Below, piece after piece: positions 30,148 to 44,294 of a stretch of 64,000 bases of DNA. Source of the DNA: Amphiscolops sp. MND2022. Its lineage: Eukaryota. The notes under the pieces are model-generated. The model made no database searches and was not told the origin of the DNA. It saw only the letters and a list, made by a program, of their open reading frames with translations. The stretch covers positions 1,426,001 through 1,490,000 of the forward strand of contig OZ076409.1 of assembly GCA_964187785.1 (NCBI GenBank). The letters run 5' to 3'. Each line of letters opens with the position of its first letter. Positions within the stretch are counted from its first letter, which is position 1. A program made the translations under genes and the position numbers.

Positions 30148-31777
30148 AGTAAACTAAAACTTTCTCTTAAACTTTTACATTGTTCATGTATTTTGTTGCC
30201 ATATTATTTTAGAAAATAGCCAAAAGGGCCATATTGGGACGTATTCCCTTATTACTAAAACTTGGAAATATTGCACTTGTTGGTTAGTTATGATCGATCT
30301 TAATTTTGGATGCTAATTATATGTTAGTCTGTTAACATAGATAGTGTTGTACTGTTGTATTATCAATGCGATGCAGTAATAATCAAAGATTGTGGTAAGC
30401 AGCTTAAAGAAAGTACGGAAACGAGTTCAAATGGACTCCTGTACTTTCTTGCTAGCGTCACTTGCGCTCACTCAATTAGCCAATCAGAGGCCTTCATTTT
30501 GTATGCTTTATTCTTTTGCCAATTACGGCCATTGTACAAACTGGACAGAAGTGCTATTAATGCCGTTCAGGCAGTTGGCCTAATCCGGCCATTCAGTCCG
30601 CCGTAAATAAAGTACTTGTGATTGGTGCTAATTTCATGTAATGATATTTAGCTAATAGTCAGCTTTGTTAATCATGGAGTACTAGTTTGAAGTGTTGATT
30701 GATGTTTTGTCGTACCACTAAAGTTATCCAATTTGTTCTAAAATAGATGTTGCATGAGATACGATATTATTGCCTTACTAGGCCTTTTGCCATTGTACCC
30801 ATGAAAGGTATTTACGTTAAACATATTTGTTGTGCTGCCACGTGCTAAAGTATGTGCACTTATGTCAACAAATACCTGTCTGATGAAAATGTTTTGACAA
30901 ATATGTAAACGATGCTAACGGTCGAATGATTATTCCTTTGATGTATGTTATTTGGAAGGGATATTGTTCATCCCGTGATCATCAAAAATGCAGTCATATG
31001 ATATTGCCTTAGTCAAAGAATGTAAAGAATGGGAGTGTCACTCTTTCAGGGGTATAAATACCCGTGCCTTGGAGAGAGGAGTCACTTCTCAATTTGCTCT
31101 CTTTTGAAAAAGACTATCATATTAGTACAAACGGTTTCACTGTTATTTTCGAGATATAATCTAATTTAGTTTTATACTCGAAGTTTTCCTTATGCCTACC
31201 ACAAGAAAACAAAAGAAAGCCAGAAAATCTAGAGGACTAGAGATCCTTTCTGATATCGAAAATCTGGATATAATGTTAGGAGACAATTGTTATAATGGAA
31301 CTGAGAGAGAAAGAAGCTTGGACAATAACTTCGTCGGAAGGAGAGAAAGCATTACAAGTAATAACTTAGACAATGAAGGCGAGAGCCTATTTTCTAATTG
31401 CAGAAATGATGAACTTAGGACAAATGCCGATTTCGGTCAAAATTCAGCTGAAGCAAACTCACTAACTGAGATAAACAGGTTGTCTAGCGAATTGAACTCT
31501 AGGATATCTCGAGAGATGGATGAAGTGATGAACAATGTTGGAATACAGATCCAAAGGGCCATTAACGAGGCTATCAATAGTCAAGTATTACCTCAGATAC
31601 AGAATGTCATAATGGCCGGATCGGGCCGACAGACCGGGAGGGGATGGGAAGTCCCAGTTGAGAGACCGGAAACAAATGCCGAAGATAGGCTTAATTCCAA
31701 CGCAAAGCCCAATCTCAGAAGTGAACAGGGGGATAATCACCGTTTTAGTGAGAATACCACACAGCATGTTCATGACA
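30059..31777 (+). repeat. 3' LTR (1,719 bp)
   Basis: Direct repeat of 15802-17520, followed by TSD TTTAT. Confidence 0.95.
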
Positions 31778-32389
31778 TTTATATTATCACGTGTTTATTA
31801 CAGGAGGAGAATTTTCAACTTCCTAAATTGAATAGGATTTCCGCATTATATCTTGTTTCTCTCCACAATGGTTTGTTTCGTTGCAGATTAAAGTTAAATG
31901 CTCTTAGATGAGATAATCTTGTAATTTATTGTAATTCTCAACACTACGTAGGATTTTATAAGTCTCTGAAGCGTATCAAAATGAGACTTGAATCCTTTGT
32001 AACCCCTCACATATTGCAAATACCTGACAGCTTTATTACTTTTCACTTATTGTGGAAGATCATTTGAGGTATATTATAATATTATAAACTGTTTAGTAAC
32101 AATATTAAACGCCTTGAAATTTGCTGCAGCAGTTACTGAGTTCTTTACACGTGGGTTTGATCGAAACATAAACTCCGAACAATATGAAATATCACCTTTT
32201 ATGGACTTAACATTTACATGGGAACGGCATATTCTATTACAAAAACCGAATTACAATAGACCTTTGAAAAAGTAGTTTCCAAATATCAACTAACGAATGA
32301 TAATTCATGGAAATTAAAATGTGTATGGCCTATTTTTCTCAAAAATTCCAAAATTTATTTTGATCCAATTAGTAGAATTTTCAAACCTT

Positions 32390-32935
32390 TGTTGAAATTG
32401 CTTGAACTTTTTTGCATGTTCAATAAAGTTGCCACCATCTTTTGATATGATTTTTCAAAACTCTTTTGGAAATTTGATTCGAAAATACTTCCCTGTTCTA
32501 CTCGACTTTTCTCCAGCTGCTTGAAAGAAACTTCCTAGAATTGGCGGCAATTTTAAGCCTTTAAGTTTTGCACGTTTCGTTGACAAGCAGTTCTATTTTT
32601 ACTTGCATCTAAGATGTTATAAGTTTTACCGCCACTTTAATGCGTATTGACTTTATTCACACTTTGAAGAATCAACTAGCGTCTCCTTCAGCGTGATTTT
32701 TGAAAAATGGTGATCACATGAAATGAGCAGTTGAGAAATTGAACTGTGAAAATCACTTGATTGTGTTGGTATTAAATAGAGAACTAGTTTCGATTTCAAT
32801 TTCAATAGTGGAAACTGCTATATAATTCCACAAGATTTACGACCGGACAGTTATTGAATTTTATAGGTTCTGCACGCAACAAACTTTACTTGCATGCACG
32901 CCTGAGGCATGAAAAAAGTTCCAGCAGTCTCAATT
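32390..32935. mobile_element. Degenerate copy of the CCC..GGG MITE family
   Basis: Shares TGCTTGAACTTTTT, CCTA-AATTGGCGGCAATT and TTCAGCGTG blocks with 10273-10820. Ends approximate. Confidence 0.5.
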
Positions 32936-35900
32936 AGAAAATACATCACTAATTTTTCAAAATTGCAAATTTCCCTAAAGCACTTCTTTCTTTGTTTAAG
33001 CATCAATAAAACGTGGATGAAACATCTATGTATGTAGTAGTCAGAGTATAGTTACGACATGCCAGAGATTACACGACCCCGCATCGGTCACACCGGTGGC
33101 TTCTTGTTGTACACTTCAGATCTCAAAGAGAAAAAACCACTAAGCAGTGAACGATTCAGATACATTTTGTTAACTGACAAAAAATAACTAGTCGGTTTCG
33201 TTTCTTAAAATTGCGCTGGGTTTAAAAATATTTTCCTGAAAGACTCCATGATACGAAAACGCAGTTTGAGAGGTATTACCAAGTCGATATGAATCATTGA
33301 CAGTGAAAAGAAGAAGATGAAGTATTTATTATTTTGTTTCTGTCAGGGGAGTACAAAGTACCAGCAGGAACACAAACACAAAAAATACTTTCAGATAGTA
33401 CAGTCAGCATTATCGTTGCATATTGCTCTGACAAAGCCGAAAGGTTGTAAGGAGATCCATGTTTACGGAATTCATCTGCTGATCAAATTCAATCCGATAC
33501 AGATATTAGAAGGAAAAATTTGGCAAAAGTGTCTGTGCTCGATTCTAAATTTTTCCAATTTAACCGCTGGGGGGTGATGTTCGTCTCCTTTGCACAGTTG
33601 GTTACAGAAAAGTCCATCGTTTCACTGGGTGACGTTTACACTCATTACAATTCTCGGTAAAACTAATGGTGAAACTGTGTCAAACTAATCCCATCTAACC
33701 TTTGACCTGAAGTTGTTTCGCCATTTGTAGCAGGCGTTTTTAAGTCGCATCGTATTTACTGATTGCCAGATTCGTATTATCGAGTGCCATATTTTGGAGA
33801 CTACCATGAGTATTTTTCGAGGTCTTCACATTGTCGCGTAATAAATGGCCTGACCTCAGCATCACCCATTTTGTTATTGTGTCAATTCTATCAATCTTGG
33901 TGCACGACTGGTAATCAGATTATTCCTAACACCTAGAAACCATTTCGTTTCGTGGCCAATTTGTTTCGTGACAACATGTTTTCGTCATGACTCAGATAAT
34001 TTTCGCTAGCTTCTCAATATTGGTCGAGATTTTTTCCAGTAGGATGACATTCGTTTCCTTATAATAGTGTATTTTAGCTTTTTCCACCCTAAGTTTCCAT
34101 AAACCATTCCTTTTGGATCGCTTTTTCTCACTCGAAGTAAATTTTTGAGAATATTTCATTGGAAAAGTTCTATTTGCGCGAAGTTTTCGTGACCTCAAGT
34201 TTCGTAGCCGTATAACAGTACGTTTTGTATCATAGTGTCAAAAAAGATTTGACGTCAAATTGGAAAATAGTTTTTTGCTTCGTCTATATTGTTTTTATTG
34301 AACTTTGGAAATGCTGTATTCAGAGAGTGTTGTTTGTAAGAAAACATTCCACAAATTTCTTGCAAACAATTCCAAGGTGCCGATGGAAAGAATTGTTTCA
34401 CTCTCTAGAAACTCAAGAAAATTTGCCCACGCAATTTTTCTCTGGAAATTTTTTCAAAGTATCCGAAAGGGCGCCGCCTTAGAAAAGCAGAACTGCTTAT
34501 TCGGCGTCCACCCCGCGCTCTCTCTCTCTCTCGTCATTATAGTTCACTAAATCCTGTCAGCAAACAGGATTCTTTGTTTTCCGTTCATTGTCCAATGTGA
34601 AATGCTAAGAGCTCCATAACTTCTTTAGTTCATGCAATTTGTAATTTTTACTCTTTTTAGTTTGAGCTCGGTTTGGTTTACGGTTGAACAAATTGTCTGA
34701 ACACATCAAATCCTTTTGGTAGAGTTCTAATGAAAACTCAAGCAACTGAATTTTTGTGATTACACGTGAATAATGTATTGAACTAGTCGTGAAAAAATAG
34801 CAAGTGAATTCTTTTGATAGGATCCTAGATAAATTTTGATAGGCGTTTCATTGCAAAAAGGTATATATTGAAGGCTCCAAATAATCTGCTTTTTTTCTGA
34901 ATTACGTTTCAGTTTTTTTGCAATATTTTCTTCCATAAAGAAAAGCGATCAGAGTACGTTGAATTATTCAAACCTTTTCGTTTCCGTATCTTTTTGAAAA
35001 TTCTAATGACCCTTTTTGAACTTTTTTTCTCAATTTACATTAAGTACAAGATGAAAAGTTTAAAGTTTCAAGTTGAATTTGAAATTTTATGACCAATTCC
35101 GAAGTTTGAAAATTGTATAAATGTCCATATAGGAGATAATGTTTTTTTCCACTATCTTAGTGAATCAATACCGCATAAATAGTTCCCTTTGGAAATCCAC
35201 AACTTTTCGGTACAAACTAGATAGATACAAATTAGAGGAAATTCAAAGCAACCAATAATTTCCGCTCATTTTTATCAGTTTCAAGTAAAATTGGTTTCAT
35301 TTTGTTTAAACCAGAGGTAATTTTGATAGGTTAATCACTATCTTGATTGACAAAATTCACACCGGCTAAGATTTGTTGACGTTTTTTGACCAGCGTCAGT
35401 TGATAAATAAGCCGGTTCTAAAGGAAAAAATACAAAAACATTTATTAAGTTAAGTTGTCAAGATTGAAAGCAAATCACATTGCTTTAGATTAGCAATCAA
35501 TGTTCGCGAATTCGCTACTTTTGTGAGTATCTTTCATCAATCAATTTGAGCTCTTCTAATTCAAAGAGTTTGACCGAAAACAGACCGAAATGGGATTTGA
35601 TCGGATCAAACTTACTCCAAGAATGCTGTGATTTAGTAGCTTTGATTTCGGAACAAGATATTTTTGAACTTTGAATTTAACTAAATCCTATCGTCGTAAA
35701 GTTATTTTGTTTGGAACGGCTTAAATTAGCGATCTGTTAAGCGTGTTGCGAAAATATAAAGCCAATTGGGGCATGTAATTTCTTCATTATTTTCATCTGA
35801 TATTTAATCATTGCTTGAATTTCTAACTGAAAACACTAGCTGATGGTATAAGTTTGAACGAAAATTAACATCCACACTAATTACAAAAATTTATAAAGAT

Positions 35901-36429
35901 TGAATCATTTTTTATTAGGTTGCGAAAAAGTGGAGAGTTGTTAAAAACAATTTAACTGATCAGTTTTCGAAACAATTTTGAAAAAGTACATCATTGGTGG
36001 GTGGTTGTTTTCGATTAATATAGAGACAAATTCTCAAATTATGGCGAGTGATTTTTGTTTTTCCTATTCAATTCCTGGAAAATCAATTGAAAGTATACGT
36101 ACTTAAACACCATTATTTGAAGATGTTTCTTGATTTATAAAGTAACTTTAGTTATACCATATGGTTCTGTGTACAGCATACATCATACATCAAATCATTA
36201 ATTCGCAGCGTTTTTCCGATTGTTGTCAAAGTTATACATATATTGCACTTTAGAGTTTGGGAACGGCACAAAATTGACAATAATTTTTACGATGCTTCGC
36301 AGTTTTCAAAATATGCCCAGGACGTATTTATGAAACGCTCAGAAAACAGTTTCGAGACACCCAAAGGGTGCCTTTCATGCTCGATAAGACTGGGAAACCA
36401 TTTTCTCCCCAACTGGAAATTTTTTTTTA

Positions 36430-36828
36430 AAAATATTGGATTTTTTTAGCAAAATGCCGCATAGTGCCGAAAAAGTAAAAAGGGGGACCTTTTGGGATTT
36501 ATTAACATACATTCTGTTGCAAAATATCAAAAAAATTGAAGGGAAGACCCTTTAGTGCAATCGAAAAATTTTCGAAAATAGTCTCATAGTGCCGAAAACA
36601 ATCTAAGTTAAAAACACCAAGATAGTCAAAAGGGGGATCTTTAGTATGTTTTCGAGGTTCTGGACTTTGGTTTGTTTTGGACGATGTTCTGACGTATCCA
36701 GTATGTTTTGGATATGCGTAGTTCAAGTTGAACAAATGAACAAAAAGTGGACCTTTCATTGTGAGGAAAAGGAAAAAAAGGTCACTGTAAGAGTCGGGCA
36801 TTTTTTGCCTCACAAAAAGCGCCGACTA
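36430..36828 (-). mobile_element. DINE-1/HINE-like family A copy (partial)
   Basis: Internal GCATAGTGCCGAAA / GGGGGACC repeats; ends GTAAGAGTCGGGC..AAAAAGCGCCGACTA. Left boundary approximate. Confidence 0.6.
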
Positions 36829-39800
36829 AAAATGATATTTCAATTCTCTTAAATTTTTGAACGCAATTTTGCTCACCAGAATTTTTGTACTTCAGTTGAC
36901 TTGAGACTTTAGCAGGATAACTCAAGGATTCCAACGACTGCCGAAGGGTAACTCCAGTTTTCAAAAAAAAATTCAAATCCTAACGAGTCCTGGTCCAGTC
37001 CTTGGCAGTTTTTGAAAAATTTGGTTGAAAAATTTGTTGAATTTGGTTTCACACAGAGACAGAACATTTTAGATTTTAGAAAGTAGCACGTATCATCGCC
37101 AAGCATAGCATTTTTCTTCATTTTTAGAGAAATTTTCTGCTTTTTAAAGCCTGAAAAACGGCTCCAGTAGTCTATTTGGTTTCACTCCAGAACCATTCAA
37201 AATTATTTGGTTCCAAAATACCCGAAAATTTGCCATTCTTTATAATCTTGTTTCTGTAAAGTGTCTGATATAAAATCACATAAAATACATATAAAGTGTA
37301 CACTGTACACTATACTGATCTTTCAAACCTAGAGCAAGTTTCAGACAACCTAACATTTGTTGTTTCCAAACCAATTCAAACGTTTTTCTGGAGGCAATAT
37401 ACAACAATCGGCAGTGGCACTTATCAATTTTGATCAGTTAGAGTCTGAAACGTTTTTCAGACCACCACCGCTATGCGACACAATTTTTGTTTTGTTGAAC
37501 AGGCCATGACAGTCTAAAATATTCAAATACATGCTTTCGAATGCAAAAGTTTGGTAAGTTTGTCCAAAGTTTTAGTTGAACAATTCATTCATGGGAATTG
37601 GAAAGAAAACGTTTCCCTAAAAATTGGACAAAAATTGTTATCATGTAGATACTTTTTACAACCAAGTAGAACAAAAGTTACTTTAAACAAAGTAGAACAA
37701 AAGTTTAAACTGATATGTTTCTTTTCCTGGTCTTCAATTGGCAGCCTGAGTAGCTTGGTTTGAAACGAACGAAAAAAATAGAAGAGAACATTATTAGAGA
37801 TTTTTGATGTCTTCAGAGCAATTCGTTTGTCTGGACCACTGTTTTACCTTTAAGTATTCTGAGATTACAGGAGCGCTAATTTTTCTGCAAAAACTATAGT
37901 TTCGATCAAAAGCGCATATACTAGGTGCTCTCACAGTTTCGTGAGGAAAACGTGTGCTCCAAAAGTGTTCTTGTAACAGTGAGGGAGAAAGATGCGTTTA
38001 AGGACGATTACTACCATCCTTAGCCCTATGTGATAAGAAACGTCTTATACGCCAATTTTAATTTAAATGAAGAGCATTCCAGTTTAGTTGAATACCGAAG
38101 CGGCGTTGACAACCAATCAAAAACGACTTAAAACAAAAGCATTTCAATTCCAAAATAAGTGAAGCAAACGTAGCTGTTGTCGATCGCAAAATGATTGTTC
38201 GTCCCGGATGATGTTTTTTTCTCTCTGCTTACTAAGCGACTACATTCTCAGCGATTGATTCACCTAAATTTGGAATTTATTTCATATGAACTGAAATTGT
38301 ATCGCCTCGTTTTCCTTCGATCGCAGCTAGAGCTCACTTGAAGTGATATTATTTCACTCAATGTGTAACTTTAGAGTGACGCTAAGGTTAGGATACGACT
38401 CATTTTTATTGGTCAATTCACTTGATGTGTAAACATGCTTCGTTCAAAGTGAAATTGGTGTATTTCATTCATTGAATCAACAGCTGTTCAACACAGTTTG
38501 AACTAAAGTGTGAAAACAAACGTGAAAAGTCAGAAAGTATAATTAGAAATAGTTTGAGTCAATTTTGTGAATAATGATTGACATATGGTTTTCCTTCGCT
38601 GAAAACGACAACTTTCACGTAATTCCTTCTTCTCGGCAGCTCTACTTGATTACAGGGGGCTGCTAATGATTTTGTATATCCTGCCAGTCGACAAGGAAAG
38701 AGAGTTTGGCATAAGGGGTACTTTTCTGATTAACATTATCCCTGAACGTTTCCTCTTGTCTGCAGACCTCGGATGCATGTACCCCCCTGATATGATGACC
38801 ATCATAGTACCAGAATAATGACGACAACATGTCATCTGGGGAGCAAAAAATTTTTCACCCCTGAAATGTATGGAAAAAAATTTCGCTATTCGGTAGTTGG
38901 CTATTTTGCAGCATAATTTTGATATCATCTTTGGTCAATTTTTCGAAATCGTTCAACAGAACAATTATGAGATGAAAATCTCCGCCAGTGAGAAAAAAAT
39001 TGAATCTCTCAACCACTATTGAGCTGTTCGCACGCTAAATTTAAAACACATTCGGGCTCAATTTTCCAAGAACAAAATTCACACTATAACTCCTCCAATA
39101 CCGATGAATACACGTCACAAAGTGATTTCAATATGACTACGGTGTTTTTTTCGAAAATATTTCAAGGATTATTAAGATCAGCGGTAGGAAATATAGACCA
39201 ACCATGTGAAATAATTTCGTCCGTGTTTAATTTTTTTCTGCACGGTCAAAGTGACCAAAATACTTCGGCCAAAAGCTCTGGAAGCTTAAATCAAAGTCTT
39301 AACCCAGTTCGCTTTCGGTTCGAGGACGAGGCTAATATCTAGAAGGTTGCAGGTTCGAACCTGACGAGCGACGAATTTTTCAGAATGTCAAAACGAAATT
39401 TTTGAAGTTCCAATACGAAAAAAAATTTTGAGGGGTGCCTCTTTGAGAGCGCTAACTTGTTCCCGGATTGTTTATAAACTAAATTTCACTGACTCAGATT
39501 ATAGAAATGAGAAAGATTCAGTGATCGGTCTTGCCGTTACGTGGCCAATGATTTCGCACAATCTTAATACGAGTAGATCGAGATCTTGCTGGTATTGGCT
39601 TAGAACATAGAATTTTTTGCTCCATTTTTTTCTGTTTTCTCAGAAATTCAATATTTTTCACTGTCACTTTTCAAGGCCAACCATGCCTTTTTGCATTCAA
39701 ATGTGTCTGCGGAACTTTTTTCGTTCTGTTTTGTGAAACTGGAAGCGATTACATTATTTCTTAACAAAAAGGCGCGCAAATTGTAATGGCGAAATGAGAG

Positions 39801-41513
39801 ATTATTTTGAAAAATTTAATCTTTTAAGAAGATCTAACTACGCGAGCAATTTCGCTTTTCACAGCAGATGAATATTCATAAACTGTCGGATTATAAATCG
39901 GATTTGAGACACCCACTGATAATAACTTTGAGCTTTCCATTGTCCGGTACAGTTCATTTCTATGAAATTCTTTTTACTTCAGTTTTTTAAAATTTTCCTC
40001 TAGCTCTAAATCCTCTTGTAGGTTTTTTTCTGTTTTTATTCATTGGTCAGCTCCGCGTAAAAGACCAAACTGTTCACTATTTTACTATTTTTGGTTGGCT
40101 TAAATTTGAGACTGAAAGCCAAAACCGTAAAGTGTTTATCTTGAACAGCAGGCAGCCAATAACAAGGGAAAAACAAAATTTGATTGAAAAAAGTTATGAT
40201 TCTTGTAGTTAGGAAATTGTGGTGATTTTGTAAATTAATTGTTATTAACAAATTAGAAAAGAAACCTTGTGAAAAAAAATAAACAAAGATTTCACTGGGA
40301 GCTATTGTGGAATAAAAAATTTTTCTCAGTCTTTTAATTTTTGAGTTTCTTTCGGTTTACTTTTAACTTTTCGACAGGCGGTGTTTATATTGTCATACCA
40401 ACCGTTCACCGTTAAACAAGAAAATAAAAGCGCGCTTTTCCCACTTTTTTCAATAACTGAAGATTGGGTAAAAATTCGCCAAAGTCACAGATATGAAGAT
40501 TCCACTGCTTTTTCTCCCATGTAGATCTTTAATATAAAGCGACATGGTTGTTACTGCCGCTTCCTGTGAACATGACAATTTAAAGTATGCCAAAAAGAGA
40601 TAACGTCAAAATAGGGATAATCACGGATTATTCTCCCGGAGATGCATTTAAAAATGGATGATTTTGCATGAATCATTCAAAGGCTGTCAGCATTTAGACT
40701 GCATTGAGCTTTTCTGTTCAAATAAGTACAGTTGGTAGTGTGTTACCTCTTAATCAATTGAGGATGCGCTGGAAAGTGAAAAAACTTGTAACTTCTTATC
40801 AATATTCGAAAGTTTCTGAATTGAATGATTCCACCGGACAACGTTCAGGAAAAAAATGAGGCGTGAAGAAAAGTACATTCTGAAGGGAACCAAAGAATTT
40901 GATATATTTTTTTACGAAAAATAAAACATTTTTCCGAACGTTTTTTGACGTAGATGGGAGCTAACATCATCACAATAAGATTCTCTTCGTTAGGATTTTA
41001 GAGTATAGATCAAATTAAAGCAGATAAGTTGAATGGACTTTTATATGCATTTTGAAGACAGCAAATGTATAGCAAAAACAATTGCTCAAAAAGTTGTGCG
41101 AATATATTCCGACGTCTTCAATACCTATTGGCTGGCTTTCTATGACGTAAGTTGATTGAAAAGAGAAAGCCATTTTATATTATTCAAACTGTTGTAGAGA
41201 ACTAAACGCCACAGTTTGAGGCAAACAGACTTTTAATTTCACCGTGTAGAAATCCGTTCTCGGATATCTGATTCTTTGTTTTACGAATTGAATCTGTGGA
41301 TAATAAATAATCTTCGTCTTGTAATAATCTAGTGCCTGTTTCTTCCATTCCGTGAACGGGTTTTAATTTACAGACTTTTCAGAAGTGTCTTTTTTTCACA
41401 GTTTCTGCAGATTATCGATCTTTGTTGGCCTACGTGGCTCCAATCTGGTTTTAAACGTTTGTCATTTCTTTCTCTGTGGTATCTTTTGTTTCGTTTTGTT
41501 GAATTATACGTAT

Positions 41514-42033
41514 CCCTAGCCGAGATTGCTTGAACTTTTTACATGCTGCATGAAAACATGCGACCTATTTTTTTACAAAACAAAAAATTCCGGGAGCCTG
41601 CTTGGAAACATTTTTTTTTGGGATTACAATGCAGCTTCCACTATTTGAATTCAAACTGAAAACAATTCCACTTCTTCACCGATCACTTGGTTTTCACGCG
41701 TAAGTTTTATCAGTAAGGTATACCTTATGTAATCACCGTTAGTCAAATAGCACGCTGAATATGGCGCTTTGATAGTTATAACGTGACTGAAGTTAATTGA
41801 TGAAGGTCCCAGCTGCTTTCAAAATTAGAACTGCGTCCTAATGAAACCTGCAAAACTGTACTGCGCAGAATTGCCGCCAAATTTAGGATGCATCTTATAG
41901 GCAGCTTGATAAAATTAAATCGAATCAGTGAAGTTTTGTTGCATGGACGTTTCTTTGAGAATTTTATAAAATCATGGCAATTAGCTTGGTAACCTAAAAA
42001 ACATGTAAAAAGTTCAAGCAGTCCCAACCAGGG
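41514..42033. mobile_element. MITE with ~35-bp TIRs, CCC..GGG ends and 2-bp TSD AT (CMC/EnSpm-like)
   Basis: AT|CCCTAGCCGAGATTGCTTGAACTTTTTACATG ... CATGTAAAAAGTTCAAGCAGTCCCAACCAGGG|AT. Confidence 0.7.
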
Positions 42034-43916
42034 ATCGTTTCTGTTTTTAGATTCGTATGTCGCGGTTTTCTCTGGTATGTTTCTTGCAGATCCGTGTGAA
42101 TTGGTTCGATTTTCTCTCCCACCTTCTCGACTTTTTTCCTTTAGATCCTAGTCTTTTTAAAAGATCCGAATTTTGCTGGAAGAAACTGTTCGGCGATGAT
42201 GAATTGACTAGGAACCGTTCCCACGTTTCAAAAGGTTTCAACGAAGTCGGTTCTATTGAGCTGTTTCTTTTCACCCGACATATCTGCTTTTGAAAACAAA
42301 TCTTTCACCGAAATTCATGTTTTTGGTTCGTTATAAAGTTCTCTGGTCTTTGTGTGGATGATTTGTGCCCAATTCCCCAAATTAGGAGTTTCTTGAGTTT
42401 TGTTTGTTGATCATTCAATATTGTGTCGGGTCCGTTTAGGTAGCAATTTATGGCTATTTACTGTGTGAGGTCGATGAATAACGCCAATCGCAGCCACAAC
42501 AGGTCTGAATTGATTGATGTCTGAATCCGGACTTTGCGCCAAAACTTTGCAGGCCTCCTGTCTCTGACTACATTTGAGCATGCTTGAAAACATGCTACGG
42601 TCACTTTGACCCAATCTTGATCCAGTGGGATAGAGTGGCCTCAAACGAAAACTGGAAAAACGGAAAATCTGCGCTCAATTTTTTAAAAACTTTTTTGGTC
42701 CCGTTTTCTTGATTTCGGAGACATCATGTCATTATTCCGTGAAAAGGCGTGCAATGCTATGTTATATGATCTGAAAATCTTTTTCAAAAGAGTTTCCTCT
42801 ACAATACGGTCAATTGGTGTGTTTAGGAGTTTGCAGAAACTAACTGATACGTAACAGTACCATTGTCCATTTAGGGTTAATGTAAGAGTTCGTGAAGGGA
42901 TGTGTAAAGTTCATACTTACGTCTATGCCACAACATACTTTGGGAAGCAAAATCTCTAGAAGTTTTCACGTGCATACCGAGTCTCCTGCAGGAAATTTTT
43001 CCTCATTGGTTTCAAAGTTCAAACGTCCTGCAAGCCAAGATGAGAGTTCAAACAAATCAAAAAGTCAGAAGGTCAAAAAATCTTTACAAATGAAGAATCT
43101 GCCAGTCAGATGGTTAGAAAATGATAACGTCAACTTTAGGGATGTGACACGAAAATAACATAGTCCTAAAGCATATTTTTTTCCTGGAAATATTTAATTT
43201 TTCGCAAAAAATACCAGCTGTTGCAAGCTGAGTTTGAGGCCACTGCAGTGACTCAGTAATAAGTCAAACATCTTTTTTTGCAGAATTTATCTCTAAAACG
43301 ATAAACTTATGAGATTTTTATTAGGATTTTTCTATTTTTTTTTCTGGTTGAACCGACAAATTTGCATCGTCACAAATGAACTCAGTAACTCACTCCACAA
43401 CTTAAAACTTTTAATGTTTGGAGCAATAATGAAGTGCATTTAAATTGTGTACCTATTATACACATGTAGTTGCAAGTCAAATTTTTATCTGATATTGAAA
43501 TTATTTTCCCATTAACTTGAATTATAATGTGTGTTTTCCAAATCGATGTATTATTCCAATTCAATGTTTCAATTCGCCACCACCGCAGCTTAACTTTAAA
43601 CGTGTCGTCATGTGATTTGTCAGCTTCAATGGTCAGTTGTCATTGGCTAATAGTGTTACCCAATCACAGCGCTCTGCGGAGCAGCCCCGTCTCATTGGAT
43701 AATATTCCTGGCCAATCAGAAGCGCGCTTTTGGTATAGTATAGCGGCGGCAGTGTACAGTTGTGAGCCCTACTGTGTTTGTCGAAATGTGGATGACTTCT
43801 TAACCGTGGATTCAATGGTATCAATGGTGTCATGTCTTAACCAATCAGAAAGCGGCTGGCGGTGTAATTATCAGCGTGTATACCTTCCCTTCAACGTCAG
43901 GTAAGACCCCAGAAAT

Positions 43917-44294
43917 CAGAGTTTTGACATCGCTATCTTTTCTGCTAATCGCTAAACCGCTACTTTAAAAATTGCTATTAAGCTGAAAAGTTTTTCTCAA
44001 AAATATTAAATGTTTGACTTCAAGTATCAAAATTCAATGATAACCTAATTTAGTCTTGCAAGAAAAACAGACCGGAAGTTTTCATATTTTTAATGCTGTT
44101 TTTGAGTTGTACAAAGTCAAAGAGTTGGAATTTTTTGAAAATCATTTTGAAACTCCGAAATGACTCTGGAGAAAATTGATCTTGGACATTCTATTAGTTA
44201 ACTCGTATTTGAATCGCTAATAAAATTGCTGAAAAATTCACACGTTGCCGCTTATTCGCTAAATCTCTAAGTAAGCAGCGGTGTCAAAACTCTG
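43917..44294. mobile_element. hAT-type MITE
   Basis: TIRs CAGAGTTTTGACA(T/C)CGCT. Flanks CCAGAAAT / CTTGAAAT (degenerate 8-bp TSD). Confidence 0.65.

Larger units (their letters stand above)
15802..31777 (+). mobile_element. Full-length Ty3/Gypsy LTR retrotransposon with a ~6.2-kb accessory region, inserted in sense in Shaw intron 3
   Basis: Two 1,719-bp direct repeats at constant offset 14,257 with TGTC..GACA ends. 5-bp TSD TTTAT at 15797-15801 and 31778-31782. TGG-starting PBS, and PR-RT-RH-IN domain order. Confidence 0.97.

Noticed and set aside
30059..31777. Segmental duplication or assembly artefact explaining the second gag start
   Set aside because: The repeat has TG..CA ends, a PBS after copy 1 and a matching TTTAT TSD, so it is a genuine LTR pair.
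31192..31911. Independent 239-aa gene
   Set aside because: It is the LTR-encoded gag N-terminus plus 44 codons of chance read-through into flanking DNA.
38660..38836. Possible minus-strand terminal exon (..LSSLFWYYDGHHIRG..QNH*) after ttttttgctccccag
   Set aside because: Only ~57 codons, with no partner exons or recognisable family; insufficient support.
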